A stretch of DNA of 62,229 bases, filler included, from Fonticula-like sp. SCN 57-25 (taxonomy: Eukaryota), in assembly GCA_001724245.1 (NCBI GenBank). It is 3 parts of 3 records of this genome, joined end to end, with 100 filler letters (N's around TTAATTAATTAA, not from the genome) between each part and the next. Parts side by side here need not be neighbours in the genome. Positions count along the whole stretch, not along the records: positions 1 to 20,421 come from MEDX01000090.1; positions 20,522 to 41,883 come from MEDX01000091.1; 1 more part is not named here. The stretch is one strand, 5' to 3'. Below, piece by piece: positions 11,478-23,018 of the stretch. Both the position numbers and the translations under genes were made by a program. The first letter of the stretch is position 1. Every line of letters begins with the position of its first letter. The notes under the pieces were generated by a model. It had not been told where the DNA came from. It was given only the letters and a program-made list of their open reading frames with translations, and did not search any database.

Positions 11478-13758
11478 CTACATGTTGGTGCGTAAAAGCG
11501 CCGCGACAAGCTCGTCGCTGTCGGCGGTCGGAATCGACTGGCCCTGGTTCTGCCACACTGGATTAACGATGGGGCGCGCGGACGTCTAAGAAACAACCGT
11601 GTTAGATATTAATTTTTTTTTTAAATTGCGGTCGTACAGGCGCAGTCGGAGCACGCGCGACACTGCCGTCGTTGGCCTGCTGGAAGAGGCGGAAGAGGTC
11701 CCCTGTGGGGTTCATCTGCGGCCGAGCCGACGTGTTGGGCGGCGCTGCATACACCGGGACCATATCTAATAAAATGATTAGTATTTCGCTTTACCACAAG
11801 AACGAGTCGTACTTGGCCTCATTGGCCGCGAGGATGAGGGAGCCGCGACGGGCATGACCGGGCGGCCGGCCGCCTGCTGCTGCGCATACGCCTGCTGCGC
11901 ATACAGCTGCGTGGGCTGCCCGGCCGGCGCCCTCGCATTCGAGCCTCCCAGGACGGCGGCCATGAGCTCGTTCGCCTGCTGCTGCGATTGCTGCTGCGGG
12001 TTCATCGGCATCGACAGCTGCGGCAGCGTCATGCCGCTCTGCGAGGCCGGCTGCTGCGCAACCGGGCGGCTCGTCGCAGCGGCCGGGGGGACAATGGGGC
12101 GGTGAGCGGACTGCGGCATCATCTGCGGCGGCGGGGCGCGGTAGATTTGCTGCATCGGAAACTGCTGCTGCTGCTGGTGGTGCAGCGGCTTCTGCTCGGG
12201 CAGGTCCATGGGGTGCCGTACGTGCATAGCGGCAGGCTGCGAAGGGCCGCCAAAGTGCATATTGTCATCGCCAAAGTCAGTGTCCAAGAGCAAGTTATTA
12301 ATCATGTGTTCGGGGTCGGTCGGATTCTGCATCGGCGCAGCGGGGCGCGCGTTCGCTTCAGTCACATGCGGAACGGCCGCGTGGACATTGGGCTGCGCGG
12401 CTGTGATCGCGTGTCAGTCCGCGGGCACATTGGCGCTAACACAACGAGAAGCGTACGTGCGGGCCGCGGGCGCGGCTTGTGCAGAGTCTGCTGCTCAAGC
12501 TGAGCGAGCTGCATTACGTCGGGGCCCGTTGAGGCGGACGGCGCAGCAGCACCGCTGCCGACCAGCAGCGCAAACATGTCGGGCTCAGCCGCCGCGGGCG
12601 CGAATGCAGGCTTTTGCGGCGACGAGTAAAAGGCAGAGGAGGCGCCGGAAGACGATCCGGACTTGCCAAGCAGCGCATTCATGACGGCGGCCGGGTCGTC
12701 CTCTTCCGGCTCCGACGCAAACATCCGGCTAAACCGCGACCCAGCGGACGGAGCTTCCTCAGAGGGTTCCTAAAGGAAATATAGTCAGATCGCGATACCA
12801 GCGGCAAACTCGACGTACCAGAGGAATATCCTTGAGCCATGCATCACCCGCCAACACAGAAGAGCTGGGCGAAAACAAGTCGGCTTCTGATTCCACAACA
12901 TCGTCAGCAACCCGCTGTCAGCACTGCGATCACGCACCAAAACCAGGCGGCCTCGACTTTGGCTCAGCGCGCGGCGCCGCTGCGGGTTTACGGGGGGCAG
13001 CGCCAACGAGCTCGGCTAGCGACTGTGCGGGAGCTAGAGAAGTATACCCAGACTTGGGTACTGACGGTCTTGAGGGGGCCGCGGGGGCGTCCTCTCCATT
13101 GTTGGGCTTGCCTACGGAACTGTAAGAACGGGGAGCGCGGCAAGTATGGGAAACACACCTGATTTGAGGTAGGACGGTAACAACATCTCTGATGACGACT
13201 TGCGACTCCCCTGCATTGCGCGCGTCAGCGTCGAACAAATGTACGCACAAGAATCACGTACGATCGAGTCTCGTGGCGCCGGCGTCGCCCACTCCGGGTC
13301 CGCGTCTCCCTGCTGATGGCCACCTCGAGACGGCGCATCTACACAAGCACATTAAGACCGCCGCCACAAAAAATTAATGGGTGTTGAAGGGCGTACCTCG
13401 CTGCGTGCCCTTCTTTACCCCCTCCTGACCAGCACGCGTCCGTGTCCGTCTAGTCGCGCGCACGTGTCAGCCAACCGATAGCAACAGTCCACACAGGCAT
13501 AAAATATAAGGCGTACGGTTCGCGCGTGCGCGTGACCATCCTGGACGCGCGCAGATCACTTGGGAACGGTGACGAGCCGTGGTACTCGTACAGACCCAGC
13601 GCATGCAGAGTTTCGATGACTTGAATGGTGGCGGCCATGTTGGCCTCTCGTAGCTCCAGCAGCTGTTCCAATGTGTATTTGACTATATCATTTCCCTTGC
13701 TGACCTTGCCTGCGTCGCCGCTGGCAGCAGCCGCATTCGTTGCTCCGCCGCTCGCCAT
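11478..13758 (-). CDS. eIF4E-binding protein of the 4E-T (EIF4ENIF1/Cup)-like type, largely disordered, multi-exon
   Basis: N-terminal YxxxxLL motif (YTLEQLL), a probable DPEW motif, GSRFSRMF, and Q/P-rich regions. Internal splice sites are uncertain. Confidence 0.55.
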
Positions 13759-13855
13759 GACGCCTGCCTGTTTGCTTGGCTGAACGACAAAACGGAACTT
13801 TTGTGACCAAGATTACGGTAAAGTTGGAAACGTTTACGTCACTTTTACCTCAGCC

Positions 13856-15202
13856 ATGGCAAAGTCCAACGCCGGGCTGGTGGCAGCCGTGCTGCTGATC
13901 GCCTTGGCTGTCGGTGCCGCTGCGGCGCGCCACCGCGTGGTTTCGGACGACGAGGACGTAGAGCAGACCGAGCAGATGGATACGCAGTACGTGGCCTGTC
14001 GCGCGCCGGCTGGATCTCATTTTTGTGACTAGGAATGACGCTGCTGAGGCTGCCTTCATCCCGCCTCCGGAGGCAACGAAACGTGCGAGCATTCATGGCT
14101 TTTATCGCGCCTAACGCGTCCCTGTAGCGTTTGAGTTTAACATTATGGACTACACGAACGAAATGATCGTCGTGCTGCTCTTTGCCATCTACATTTTGAA
14201 CTTTTTCTCGGGCCGCATGCGCAACTCGTCCATGGCCAAGCAGTGGATGCAGGCCAACAAGGGCCTCATGGAGAAGAACTTTTCCTACCTGGGCGACGGT
14301 AAGACGAGCATGCTGATCCGCGACTCGAACAGCGACTTTATCTTCTTTGGTTCCGGCCGCAACCATATCCGCAGCTGGCTCTCCCGCATTTCGGTACGCA
14401 TTCATTTGATGATGCCGCCTTGGCGACTTACGAACCCTGCCCAGCTTCGTCACCGCCACGAGCTGATGGGTCTTATGTATGAGAGCGTTCAGCGTTCCGA
14501 CGACCTTGTTTCGACGGAAATCTCGCTTCAGCCGACGGCGATGGATACGTTCATCATTGCCATCTTCCCCAAGAAGACGGTTAACGCGGCCAAGAAGGAT
14601 CTCTATGACATTGACACGTTCACCAAGCCGCTCAACCTCCCGACCCTCAGCCCCGACCTTGTGCTGTTCACTGACTCGCCCGAGGCCGTCCACGAGCTGC
14701 TGACGCCCGCCGTCATCGCCGTCCTGAACCACTTTGCGCCCTACATCAAGCGCATCCAGCTGTCGGACCAGTGGCTGTACAAGCCGACCAAGTGCGATTT
14801 ACATGTCGCAGTGCACTTTTGATACTGACTTTTACGAATAGCGCTGCGGTTGCCCGCCTGGACCCCCCGCGCTCGCTGAACGCCACGTTTATGCTGCCGT
14901 CCGACCCCGCGCATTACGACGAGCACGTCCGCCTGCAGGAGCTCCTGTTCCACCTTATCGATGCCGCCGGCAGCTTCCAGCTCAAGCGCGATGCCAAGCA
15001 GCGCGCCGACAAGGCCCGTATCGCCGCCCTCGAGATCCTGCAGCGCGAGACGCACGCTGAGCGCCAGGAGGCCGCCCAGCAGCGCAAGGCGGACAAGATC
15101 AAGAAGGACCTCGAGCGTATGACGCCCGAGCAAAAGCAAAAGTGGGAGGAGAAGCAGGCCGAGAAGGAGCGGCGCAAGGGTAAGCGCGTCGTGCTCCGCT
15201 AA
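13856..15202 (+). CDS. CCDC47: CCDC47 / PAT complex subunit (DUF1682), multi-exon
   Basis: Signal peptide; TM segment followed by NFFSGRMRNSSMAKQW; FFGSGRNH; C-terminal coiled coil ERQEAAQQRK..TPEQKQKWEEKQ. Confidence 0.88.
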
Positions 15203-15306
15203 TACTTAGAACGGATATAGCGGCCATTAATTTACTATTATGATAATAATACATGGTATCAATCGAAAAACATGTGGGAATGCAGAGTAATAATGTACAA
15301 AAAGTG

Positions 15307-17229
15307 TTACAACTGAAATGACGCGGCCACCTGAATCATCATCGCGTCAGTGGCCAGCTCGAGCTGAATCCCGGAAGTTCCTTGCTCTGACATTTCTTCG
15401 CGCAGCGCTCGCTCCGCGCGCTCAATTGCTTGCCTCTCTTGAGCCGTCACCGTCCTCTTGACAGAAATTCCAGCATGCTGGAGACGATCAACGGCAGCCG
15501 ACACATCGTCCGAGTGGGCTGCGTCGATCACGCTAATGTTTCCGCGCGCATCCACTTCCATCAGCATCGTCCCGTCGGTCGCCTGGAGGCCGCTGCCCGC
15601 CGATCTGAGCCCTAACGCTGCCCACGTGCTCATGCGGCCCTGATCCGACTTTGACGGAGCGCTCAGGACGTGCGTCGCAGAGGCGGCAAACGCGAGATCG
15701 GGGCGCGAACTGACGGGAAGCGCGCTCAAATCCAGGTCGAGCCACGCGCTTTGCCTCGCCTCCGCGCCATGTGTATGGACAACACGGACGCGGAGCTTTC
15801 CTCCGTGCCGAGGAATGCTGCAGCGAGCGTAAACGGCCCCTTCTACATACGTCGATGACACCGCCACCGAATCGCTCGGGTTGGCCGCCGCCGCCTGGAG
15901 CACGTACCGACCAACAGCAGTGCTGTCCAGACACCAGAGCGCGACCCAAACCCATTGCTGGAATCGAAGGGCCGAGTGGGCCGAGATGTGCAGCGCGGCC
16001 CCCAACGCCGAGTCCTGGAGCGGGCGCGGCTCGGACCAGCGCACGCGGGCAACTGGCCCTGCAGACATGCCGGCAATCGGAGTCGACTCGGATTGCCGCG
16101 GCAAAACGCCGGCGGAGCGGTCTAGCTGCTGCTTAAAGTACAAATTGATGCGCTCCTCTTTCGCTACTTGCTCAGCCAAAGCTCGAACGTGCCCGGCGTG
16201 CTGCAGAACAGGCGACTCTAGGGCGGCGGCAATCGCTGCGGGCACGCGAGGCAGCTTTCGTGTCGGCTGGCCGTCGCCACTTGGCAACGATGCGCGGGAA
16301 AGAGCGGTGCGGTGCAAAAGGCCGTCCTCGCTGTCCACGCGCACAACTGACGGCCCCATGTCGGCGTTGAGCCAGTCGACTAGGAGGACACCGCAGTCGG
16401 CGTCGGCGAAGCAGTGCGCTCGCTCTCCCACCATCCACCACCCCTCGGATAGATGGGCCGCAATGCTGCCGTCGGGAAGCAGGACAAGCTCGTGCGGGCA
16501 GCCGGGGACATCCGTCCACCTCGCAATGTTGTTTCGCACGACGGCAACGCTGCTGTCCGTGGATGCGGCGACGCAGACCAGACCCGATGCTGTCCCGGAA
16601 TCGCTCAACAAAAGGCTCTTTAAGCGACTAATGTCTTGGGGAGGAATATAGTCCAAAAAGGGCAACATTGAGCTGGGAGGAACTTCGCAGCAGGTCACCT
16701 CGCCATTTGTGGAAGACACACGCCCTTCGTAGAGGACAAAGGAAGCGGCACCGTCAGCGTTCCTCTCCACGTTCGCCAATATGTGCACCACCACGAGCCC
16801 AGACAGACCTACGCGGCTGTGAACGGACAGTAGATGACCCTGCGCATTGCTAGGCCACGCAGTAAAGAGACCACCGAGCGAAAAGCCGTGGCCTGCCGCA
16901 ACGACAAGGTGAGGTCCGTGAACAATCGTCACAGACAGGGGGTCGCGCAATAAGACTCCCAGATGCTTCAATGAGCGACCATGCTCGCAGAACAGCTGGA
17001 AGGATCCTTGTGCGTCACATGATGCCACAAAAAGCTTTGGCAGCGCGTCCTCGACGTCCACCGCCCGCCGCAGCGCAACCAACGATGCATTCGCCGCGCC
17101 AGCCTCAATGGACTCCTCTCTCTGGCCAGAGTCCCCGTACGCGTCTAGCAGCAAACTCTGCTGGTCGCGCTTGACGGTCCATACGCGCCTGCGGGCGGAC
17201 TCCCACGCCCGGGGTGCGCACCCCGCCAT
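15307..17229 (-). CDS. FANCB-like Fanconi anaemia core complex protein (single 640-aa ORF)
   Basis: Recalled similarity to FANCB blocks: IVHGPHLV, VAASTDSSVAVVRN..VPGCP, VLLVDW, central coil QVAKEERI, terminal LELATDAMM. Divergent, recognised by eye only. Confidence 0.5.
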   Translation of the reverse strand: MAGCAPRAWESARRRVWTVKRDQQSLLLDAYGDSGQREESIEAGAANASLVALRRAVDVEDALPKLFVASCDAQGSFQLFCEHGRSLKHLGVLLRDPLSVTIVHGPHLVVAAGHGFSLGGLFTAWPSNAQGHLLSVHSRVGLSGLVVVHILANVERNADGAASFVLYEGRVSSTNGEVTCCEVPPSSMLPFLDYIPPQDISRLKSLLLSDSGTASGLVCVAASTDSSVAVVRNNIARWTDVPGCPHELVLLPDGSIAAHLSEGWWMVGERAHCFADADCGVLLVDWLNADMGPSVVRVDSEDGLLHRTALSRASLPSGDGQPTRKLPRVPAAIAAALESPVLQHAGHVRALAEQVAKEERINLYFKQQLDRSAGVLPRQSESTPIAGMSAGPVARVRWSEPRPLQDSALGAALHISAHSALRFQQWVWVALWCLDSTAVGRYVLQAAAANPSDSVAVSSTYVEGAVYARCSIPRHGGKLRVRVVHTHGAEARQSAWLDLDLSALPVSSRPDLAFAASATHVLSAPSKSDQGRMSTWAALGLRSAGSGLQATDGTMLMEVDARGNISVIDAAHSDDVSAAVDRLQHAGISVKRTVTAQERQAIERAERALREEMSEQGTSGIQLELATDAMMIQVAASFQL

Positions 17230-17478
17230 CAGCTTCGAGTTTGAGCTTTCCCGCGCTCAATTTACACACCAGTGCGTGATTGGTCAACGCATGTCATATT
17301 GCAGTTTGCACAAATTCATCGAGGGTCAAAAATGAGACTCTAGCGACCAATCAGAAGCTGGTAAAACAGGAAACCCGCGTGATGGCCACGTGGATGGGCC
17401 ATGCGCTTTTTTTCTTTTCGCCACGTTTTTTTTTTTCAGTCAGTCCCTCGCTTGCCTTCCCCCGAACATCGAGGTACC

Positions 17479-18420
17479 ATGGCGGCCGTTAAGAAGGAGA
17501 ACGACCCTATGTCGTTCCTTGTCGACTTTATGATGGGTGGTGTTTCCGCCGCCGTCTCCAAGACGGCTGCTGCCCCCATCGAGCGCATCAAGCTCCTCGT
17601 CCAGAACCAGGATGAGATGCTCAAGTCGGGCCGCCTCGACCGCCCGTACAAGGGTGTCATTGACTGCTTCAAGCGCGTCGCCGCTGAGGAGGGTGTTGCC
17701 TCCATGTGGCGTGGCAACGTTGCCAACGTGCTCCGTTACTTCCCCACCCAGGCCCTCAACCTGGCCTTCAAGGAGCAGTTCAAGCGCCTCTTCGGCTACA
17801 ACAAGGAACGCGATGGCTACTGGAAGTGGTTCGCTGGCAACCTCGCCTCTGGCGGTGCTGCTGGTGCCGTCTCCCTTGCCTTCGTCTACTCCCTTGACTA
17901 TGCCCGTACCCGCCTCGCCAACGACAGCAAGTCCGCCAAGAACGGTGGCCAGCGCCAGTTCTCCGGTCTCATTGATGTCTACCGCAAGACCCTCGCCTCG
18001 GACGGTATTGCCGGTCTCTACCGTGGCTTCAACGTCTCGTGCGTTGGTATCATTGTGTACCGCGGTCTCTACTTCGGTCTCTACGATTCGCTCAAGCCCG
18101 TTGTCCTTACCGGCGACATGAAGAACTCGTTCTTCGCGTCGTTCGCCCTCGGCTGGGTTGTCACCATCGGTTCCGGCCTCGCTTCGTACCCGCTTGACAC
18201 CATCCGTCGTCGCATGATGATGACCTCGGGTGAGGCCACCAAGTACAGCAGCTCGTTCGCCGCCTTCAACGCCATCGTCCAGAAGGAGGGTGTCAAGTCG
18301 CTCTTCAAGGGCGCTGGTGCCAACGTTCTCCGCGGTATTGCTGGTGCTGGTGTGCTCGCCGGCTACGACAAGCTCCAGGAGGTCTTCCTCGGCAAGACCT
18401 ACGGCAGCGGCTCGGGCTAA
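17479..18420 (+). CDS. AAC: Mitochondrial ADP/ATP carrier (fungal/plant type), intronless, strong codon bias
   Basis: [38 protein letters not shown] and the RRRMMM signature. Confidence 0.98.
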   Translation: MAAVKKENDPMSFLVDFMMGGVSAAVSKTAAAPIERIKLLVQNQDEMLKSGRLDRPYKGVIDCFKRVAAEEGVASMWRGNVANVLRYFPTQALNLAFKEQFKRLFGYNKERDGYWKWFAGNLASGGAAGAVSLAFVYSLDYARTRLANDSKSAKNGGQRQFSGLIDVYRKTLASDGIAGLYRGFNVSCVGIIVYRGLYFGLYDSLKPVVLTGDMKNSFFASFALGWVVTIGSGLASYPLDTIRRRMMMTSGEATKYSSSFAAFNAIVQKEGVKSLFKGAGANVLRGIAGAGVLAGYDKLQEVFLGKTYGSGSG

Positions 18421-18558
18421 TTTTGCCAATCAAAAATGTAGATCCATCCTGCGTTTTGATATGAATAAAAGGCAGAGTTATACTACTGAATCCTCTTTGA
18501 GTCACTGTCCACTGCATCTGCACGGCTGTCACAAATAGATATATTACACAGTACAACA

Positions 18559-19923
18559 CTACAGCGAGCCTTGGCTCACGTCCATCCATATCTTGAAGAG
18601 ATCCCGCTGAAAGTCGTTCATATCTGGCCACAGGAGGTTCTCGATGTAGCCGACCGCCATGGTGTCCCCCGCATTGCCGGCCACGACCAGCGACTCGATC
18701 AGCGCAGCAGTGTCGGCGTCAAAGAGCACGCCGTGGTCCGCGGGCTGTGGCGGAATGTATGTGTGCTTGCTGTTGAGCGGGAGCGCCGCCAGGGGCGCGG
18801 CGGCGTCCTTGAGCGCGCTCGACACAGGGCGGCCTGAAACACGCTCGATATCTTGGATGACAATGCGCAGGTCGGCGTGCTTTAAAAGTGTCAGTGCGGC
18901 TAGGATGGGCAGGCAAGAGAGCGGTACCTCAATCAGGAGAAGGAGAGTGCGGGTGAGCTCGCATTCCAGAATCTTGAACTTGTAATAGTCACCGCTGTTG
19001 GCATCTGCATTCGGCAGCTTGGAGGCTAAGCCAAATAGGAAGCACGATATGTGTTTAGAGCGCAGATTTGAGTTTGCGAGGACGTACCTCGAGCGCTGGC
19101 AGCCATATTGATGATAGAAACGAGCACGTCCTGCGCACCGCGGAAATCGCCTGCACTGTGTCAATATCGCAGCAAAGAAAGGCCCAACATGTCGTACGCA
19201 TTAGCAGTCGACACTGCAGGCAGCAGTCCAGACAGTAGAGCGGCTGCACCAGCCCTGTTGACTGCACCTGATGAAGCACGACGGCTTTGGAAAAGTGAAG
19301 CGCGCTCTCGTCATACTTGCGAAGACTCTATGACCAGAATGCGGGTAAATATAAGACAAATATAATTATAATGTATGTAAATGTATTCGCACCATCAAGT
19401 TGTGCGCCAATTCGGTTTGAAGCTGGGCCGCCATGACAATGTTGTCGAGCTTCATGTATTGCTACTGGGCTGTAAGAACAACAACGAGCAAAGCACAGCG
19501 CGCACCTCAATGGCCTTTTCGTAGCAGTCAATTGCTTCCAAAAAGTATTCCTCGTATCCATAGTTGCTCCCGTCTACTGAAAAGCTGTACGACTGCGACT
19601 CTTCCTCGGCCTCCCAAAACAGCCGCGCGGCTTCCGACTCGAATGCCGCCTCGCTCGCCGCGTTCTGCATCACCTGCCCGCAGCGCGCAACAGCAAGCGC
19701 ACAAAATGCTGCATACTGGTGGTTCCCTTCCCGGGCCAGGCTGCGCGTAAGCTCTTCAAAGTCGTTGGATACCTCGCTAAAGTTCACCTTCCGCATGAAC
19801 CGCCTAACCACGCATGGTTAGTGCCTAATCTCGCGCCATACTGACGCACTTTTTCAGCTTGTTTGATATCCTGTCATAGCTCTCCCAGAAAGACTTTGGA
19901 GGAGCAGCACCTGACGACGCCAT
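18559..19923 (-). CDS. F8A1: Huntingtin-associated protein 40 (F8A1/HAP40), multi-exon
   Basis: YDRISNKLKK|RFMRKVNFSEVSNDFEEL..YAAFCALAVARC..EAARLF; later CELTRTLLLL and ENLLWPDMNDFQRDL. Confidence 0.88.
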
Positions 19924-20064
19924 GGTCCCTACACAGAGCAATCATCAGCCAAAACTTGGCGTCCTGCCCGTCATCGACACGTACCTGGCGGCAACGGGTC
20001 AGTTTGCAGTTTGCAATATTTTTGGCGGGCAATCCGAGTTCGCCGCCCCTCGCATTTCGGCGCC

Positions 20065-20421
20065 ATGTCGAGCTCAGCAGGGAGAGTAGCCAAGCCGCGC
20101 AAGTCGCTCAAGACAATTGTTCCTGGCGCAGGAGCCACCGCAAATGCGGACGAGATCATGGCTGTCGTGCGCCAGTACGGCGATCGGCAGCGCAAGTCGA
20201 AGCCAGCGAAGGCGCTGACGCTGCGGGATCTGGGGCTGGACACGGTCGGAAATGAGGTGTCGGAGAAGAGCGATGAGGAAGTGAGCCACTTGATAGAGTC
20301 GCTTGTACTCAAGACGGTCTCAAGCATCCTGGCGGATCAGGGCCTGACGTACGCCGTCCCTTCGCGCTCGAGCGGGAACCAGCTTTACGTCCCCGAGCTC
20401 GACCGCATCGTCCTCAAGAGC
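20065..20421 (+). CDS. TOP6A: DNA topoisomerase VI subunit A / SPO11-3 type, 5' part (cut by spacer)
   Basis: GLTYAVPSRSSGNQLYVPELDRIVLK closely matches the plant SPO11-3/TOP6A N-terminal signature. Confidence 0.82.
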
Positions 20422-20521
20422 NNNNNNNNNNNNNNNNNNNNNNNNNNNNNNNNNNNNNNNNNNNNTTAATTAATTAANNNNNNNNNNNNNNNNNNNNNNN
20501 NNNNNNNNNNNNNNNNNNNNN
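20422..20521. other. Artificial contig spacer (44 N + TTAATTAATTAA + 44 N)
   Basis: The 12-mer has stops in all six frames. An identical construct occurs at 41884-41983. Confidence 0.95.
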
Positions 20522-21875
20522 AAAGATCCCGAATGTCACGTGGGACGACGTCGGCGGCCTCGCGGCGGTCAAGCGCGACATCCTCGACACGATCCAGCTG
20601 CCGCTGCAGCGGCCAGACATCTTTGCGTCCAATTTGCGGCAGCGGTCGGGCGTGCTCTTGTATGGGCCGCCGGGGACGGGAAAGACGCTGCTTGCAAAGG
20701 CGGTCGCGACAGAGTGCTCGCTCAACTTTTTGTCGGTTAAGGGGCCAGGTGCGCGGGAAAGATGTTCGGATATTGGTGGCTAATGCAAAGAGGGTAGAGC
20801 TGATCAATATGTATGTCGGAGAGAGTGAAAAGAATATCCGCGACTTGTTCCAGAAAGCGGTACGCCTATATTTATGTTTTATTGCATGCATTTTTTTGTC
20901 GTAGATGTGCATATTTTGATGCATAAATTGCCCCTTTTTCATATTATTGCTCACTGTTTGTCGTTTTCCTTAGCGCAATGCTCGCCCCTGTGTGATTTTC
21001 TTTGATGAGCTCGACTCGCTCGCCCCCAACCGCGGCCGCACGGGCGACAGCGGCGGCGTCATGGACCGCATCGTGTCGCAGCTGCTCGCCGAACTGGACG
21101 GCATCACGAGCGGCCGCGACGTGTTTGTGATTGGCGCGACGAACCGCCCCGACCTCATCGACCCCGCGCTGCTGCGCCCTGGTCGCTTTGACAAGCTCAT
21201 CTACCTTTCGGTGTGCGAGGACCACCCAGCGCAGCTAAAGATTCTCACTGCGCTTACGCGAAAGTACGCCTTGTGCATTTAAAGAAATTGGTACTAAATG
21301 GTTGCTTTTTCTTGCTTTTTTGCCACTTTTTGTTGCCTTTTCGTTTCTTTTCGCTATTTTTTCACTGCTTCTTCGTTATTTTTCGTTGCTTTTTCGCCAC
21401 TTTTCGCAACCTTTTGTCACTAGGTTCCGCCTGGACGCCGACGTTGACCTGGAGCAGTTCTCCGAAAGCCTTCCCTTCACGTACACTGGCGCCGACTTTT
21501 ACGCGCTCTGACGTTGACCTGGAGCAGTTCTCCGAAAGCCTTCCCTTCACGTACACTGGCGCCGACTTTTACGCGCTCTGCAGCGACGCCATGCTAAACG
21601 CGCTGAAGCGCCGCGTGGCCGCCATGGACGCCGCGCACGCCGAGGCCGCGCTTGAGCGCCCCGGGCTCACCATGGAGCGCTTCCTGGCGTCGCGCAGCAA
21701 GGAAGAGCTCGCTGTGACGATCAACATGGCGGACCTACATGCGGCGCGCGACGCGCTCAGGCCGAGCGTCACCGAGGCCGAGATGGAGCGGTACCGCGCG
21801 CTGCAGTCCGAGTTTGCGCAGCAGGGCGACCGCGTCAAGCAGGCGGGCAAGGCGGCGGCGAGGCACGGCGAATAG
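20522..21875 (+). CDS. PEX6: Peroxisomal AAA ATPase PEX6, 3' part (D2 domain), multi-exon; frame broken by a 70-bp duplication
   Basis: [101 protein letters not shown]. Confidence 0.93.
21441..21580 (+). repeat. Exact tandem duplication of 70 bp inside the last PEX6 exon
   Basis: 21441-21510 and 21511-21580 are identical (ACGTTGACCT...GCGCTCTG). Confidence 0.95.
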
Positions 21876-22007
21876 AATGGGCATTTTTGAATGACTGTAA
21901 TATTCAGTATTATTGGCACATAATATGTATTTTGACTATAGACAGTTTATCCCGACGCAGTGGGAGGGGCATTGGAAACAAGAAAAGAAAAGGGAAAAGG
22001 AATACAC

Positions 22008-22705
22008 CTACTGGGCAGAGGCGGCGGCGGCGGCGCCCGCGGGGTGCACGTCAATAGAGTTGATGCGCAGCGCTGTCAACTCCTGGCGGTGGCCAAAAGT
22101 GCGCTTGTAGTTCTTTCTCCGCTTCTTCTTGACGGTATCATTCTTCTCGCTCTTGAGCTGCTCGATCACGGTGGCAGTCACAGACACCATGCTCTGCTCA
22201 ATGATCGGGAGACCAAAGAGAATGGGGCCATTGCTGCCGACGAGGAGAACCTCGTCTAGGAGAATGCGGTCGCCAACCTTGACATCGCGGCGCTCGGCAT
22301 CCTAGGAGCGGCACCGCATGAGCACGAGGGCGGCGAGGAAAGGGATCGAAAAGTACCTTGAGCTTGTTGCAAACAATAACGTCGTTCTCGACAACCTTGA
22401 ACTGGCGGCCGGCAAGCCCCACCATGGCGTACCGCTCCTTATCCTGCGACAATTCCTTGAGCGCGGCATCCTTGTCGGGCTGCACGCTGAGGCCCTTCAC
22501 GGCGATCGAGCCATAGGCAGGCTTGCCTTCGCCGAGCTGCTTCAAAATGCCCGACGTGTACCCAACGCGAACGAGGTTTTCTGTCGAAGTGGCCAGAGAG
22601 CGACGGCTAAAAAAGCAAATTACAACAGCTCGTTAGATCGCAAAAGAGCGGTCGAGCCGAGCCGTACCCGAGGCTGCTCACGGCCGCGATCCCGCTCCTC
22701 CACAT
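22008..22705 (-). CDS. MRPL21: Mitochondrial ribosomal protein bL21, multi-exon
   Basis: YAMVGLAGRQFKVVENDVI, VTATVIEQ, KKKRRKNYKRTFGHRQELTALRINSI. Confidence 0.92.
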
Positions 22706-23018
22706 GACGATGGGTCGGTTACAAACTGACTTTGGTCGATTTGCTTTTGGACAATAAATGTCGAAAGACTAAAGTAAAAAGGTAGTATTATAAAATGGTG
22801 GCGCTTTGGTGCATTGAGCATAGAGCATGGTAATGTGCGCTTAATACAGTGGGCTAATCCTCCTTTGCCTATTTCTTCCGCAACCCGCGGCCGACCTCTT
22901 TCGCCTCTGACTTGGCCCAATCCGCCCCGGACACAGGGGATGACTCTGCCCCAAACAAGCGATGTTGATTGTTCAGGTCAGCCTCCAGCCTCGTTCGGAA
23001 GACCGGGGCCAAGGGCCG

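Noticed and set aside
3092-21875. Peroxisome gene cluster (PEX19, SDR-SKL, PEX6)
   Set aside because: The genes are separated by unrelated ones, and PEX6 lies beyond an artificial spacer.
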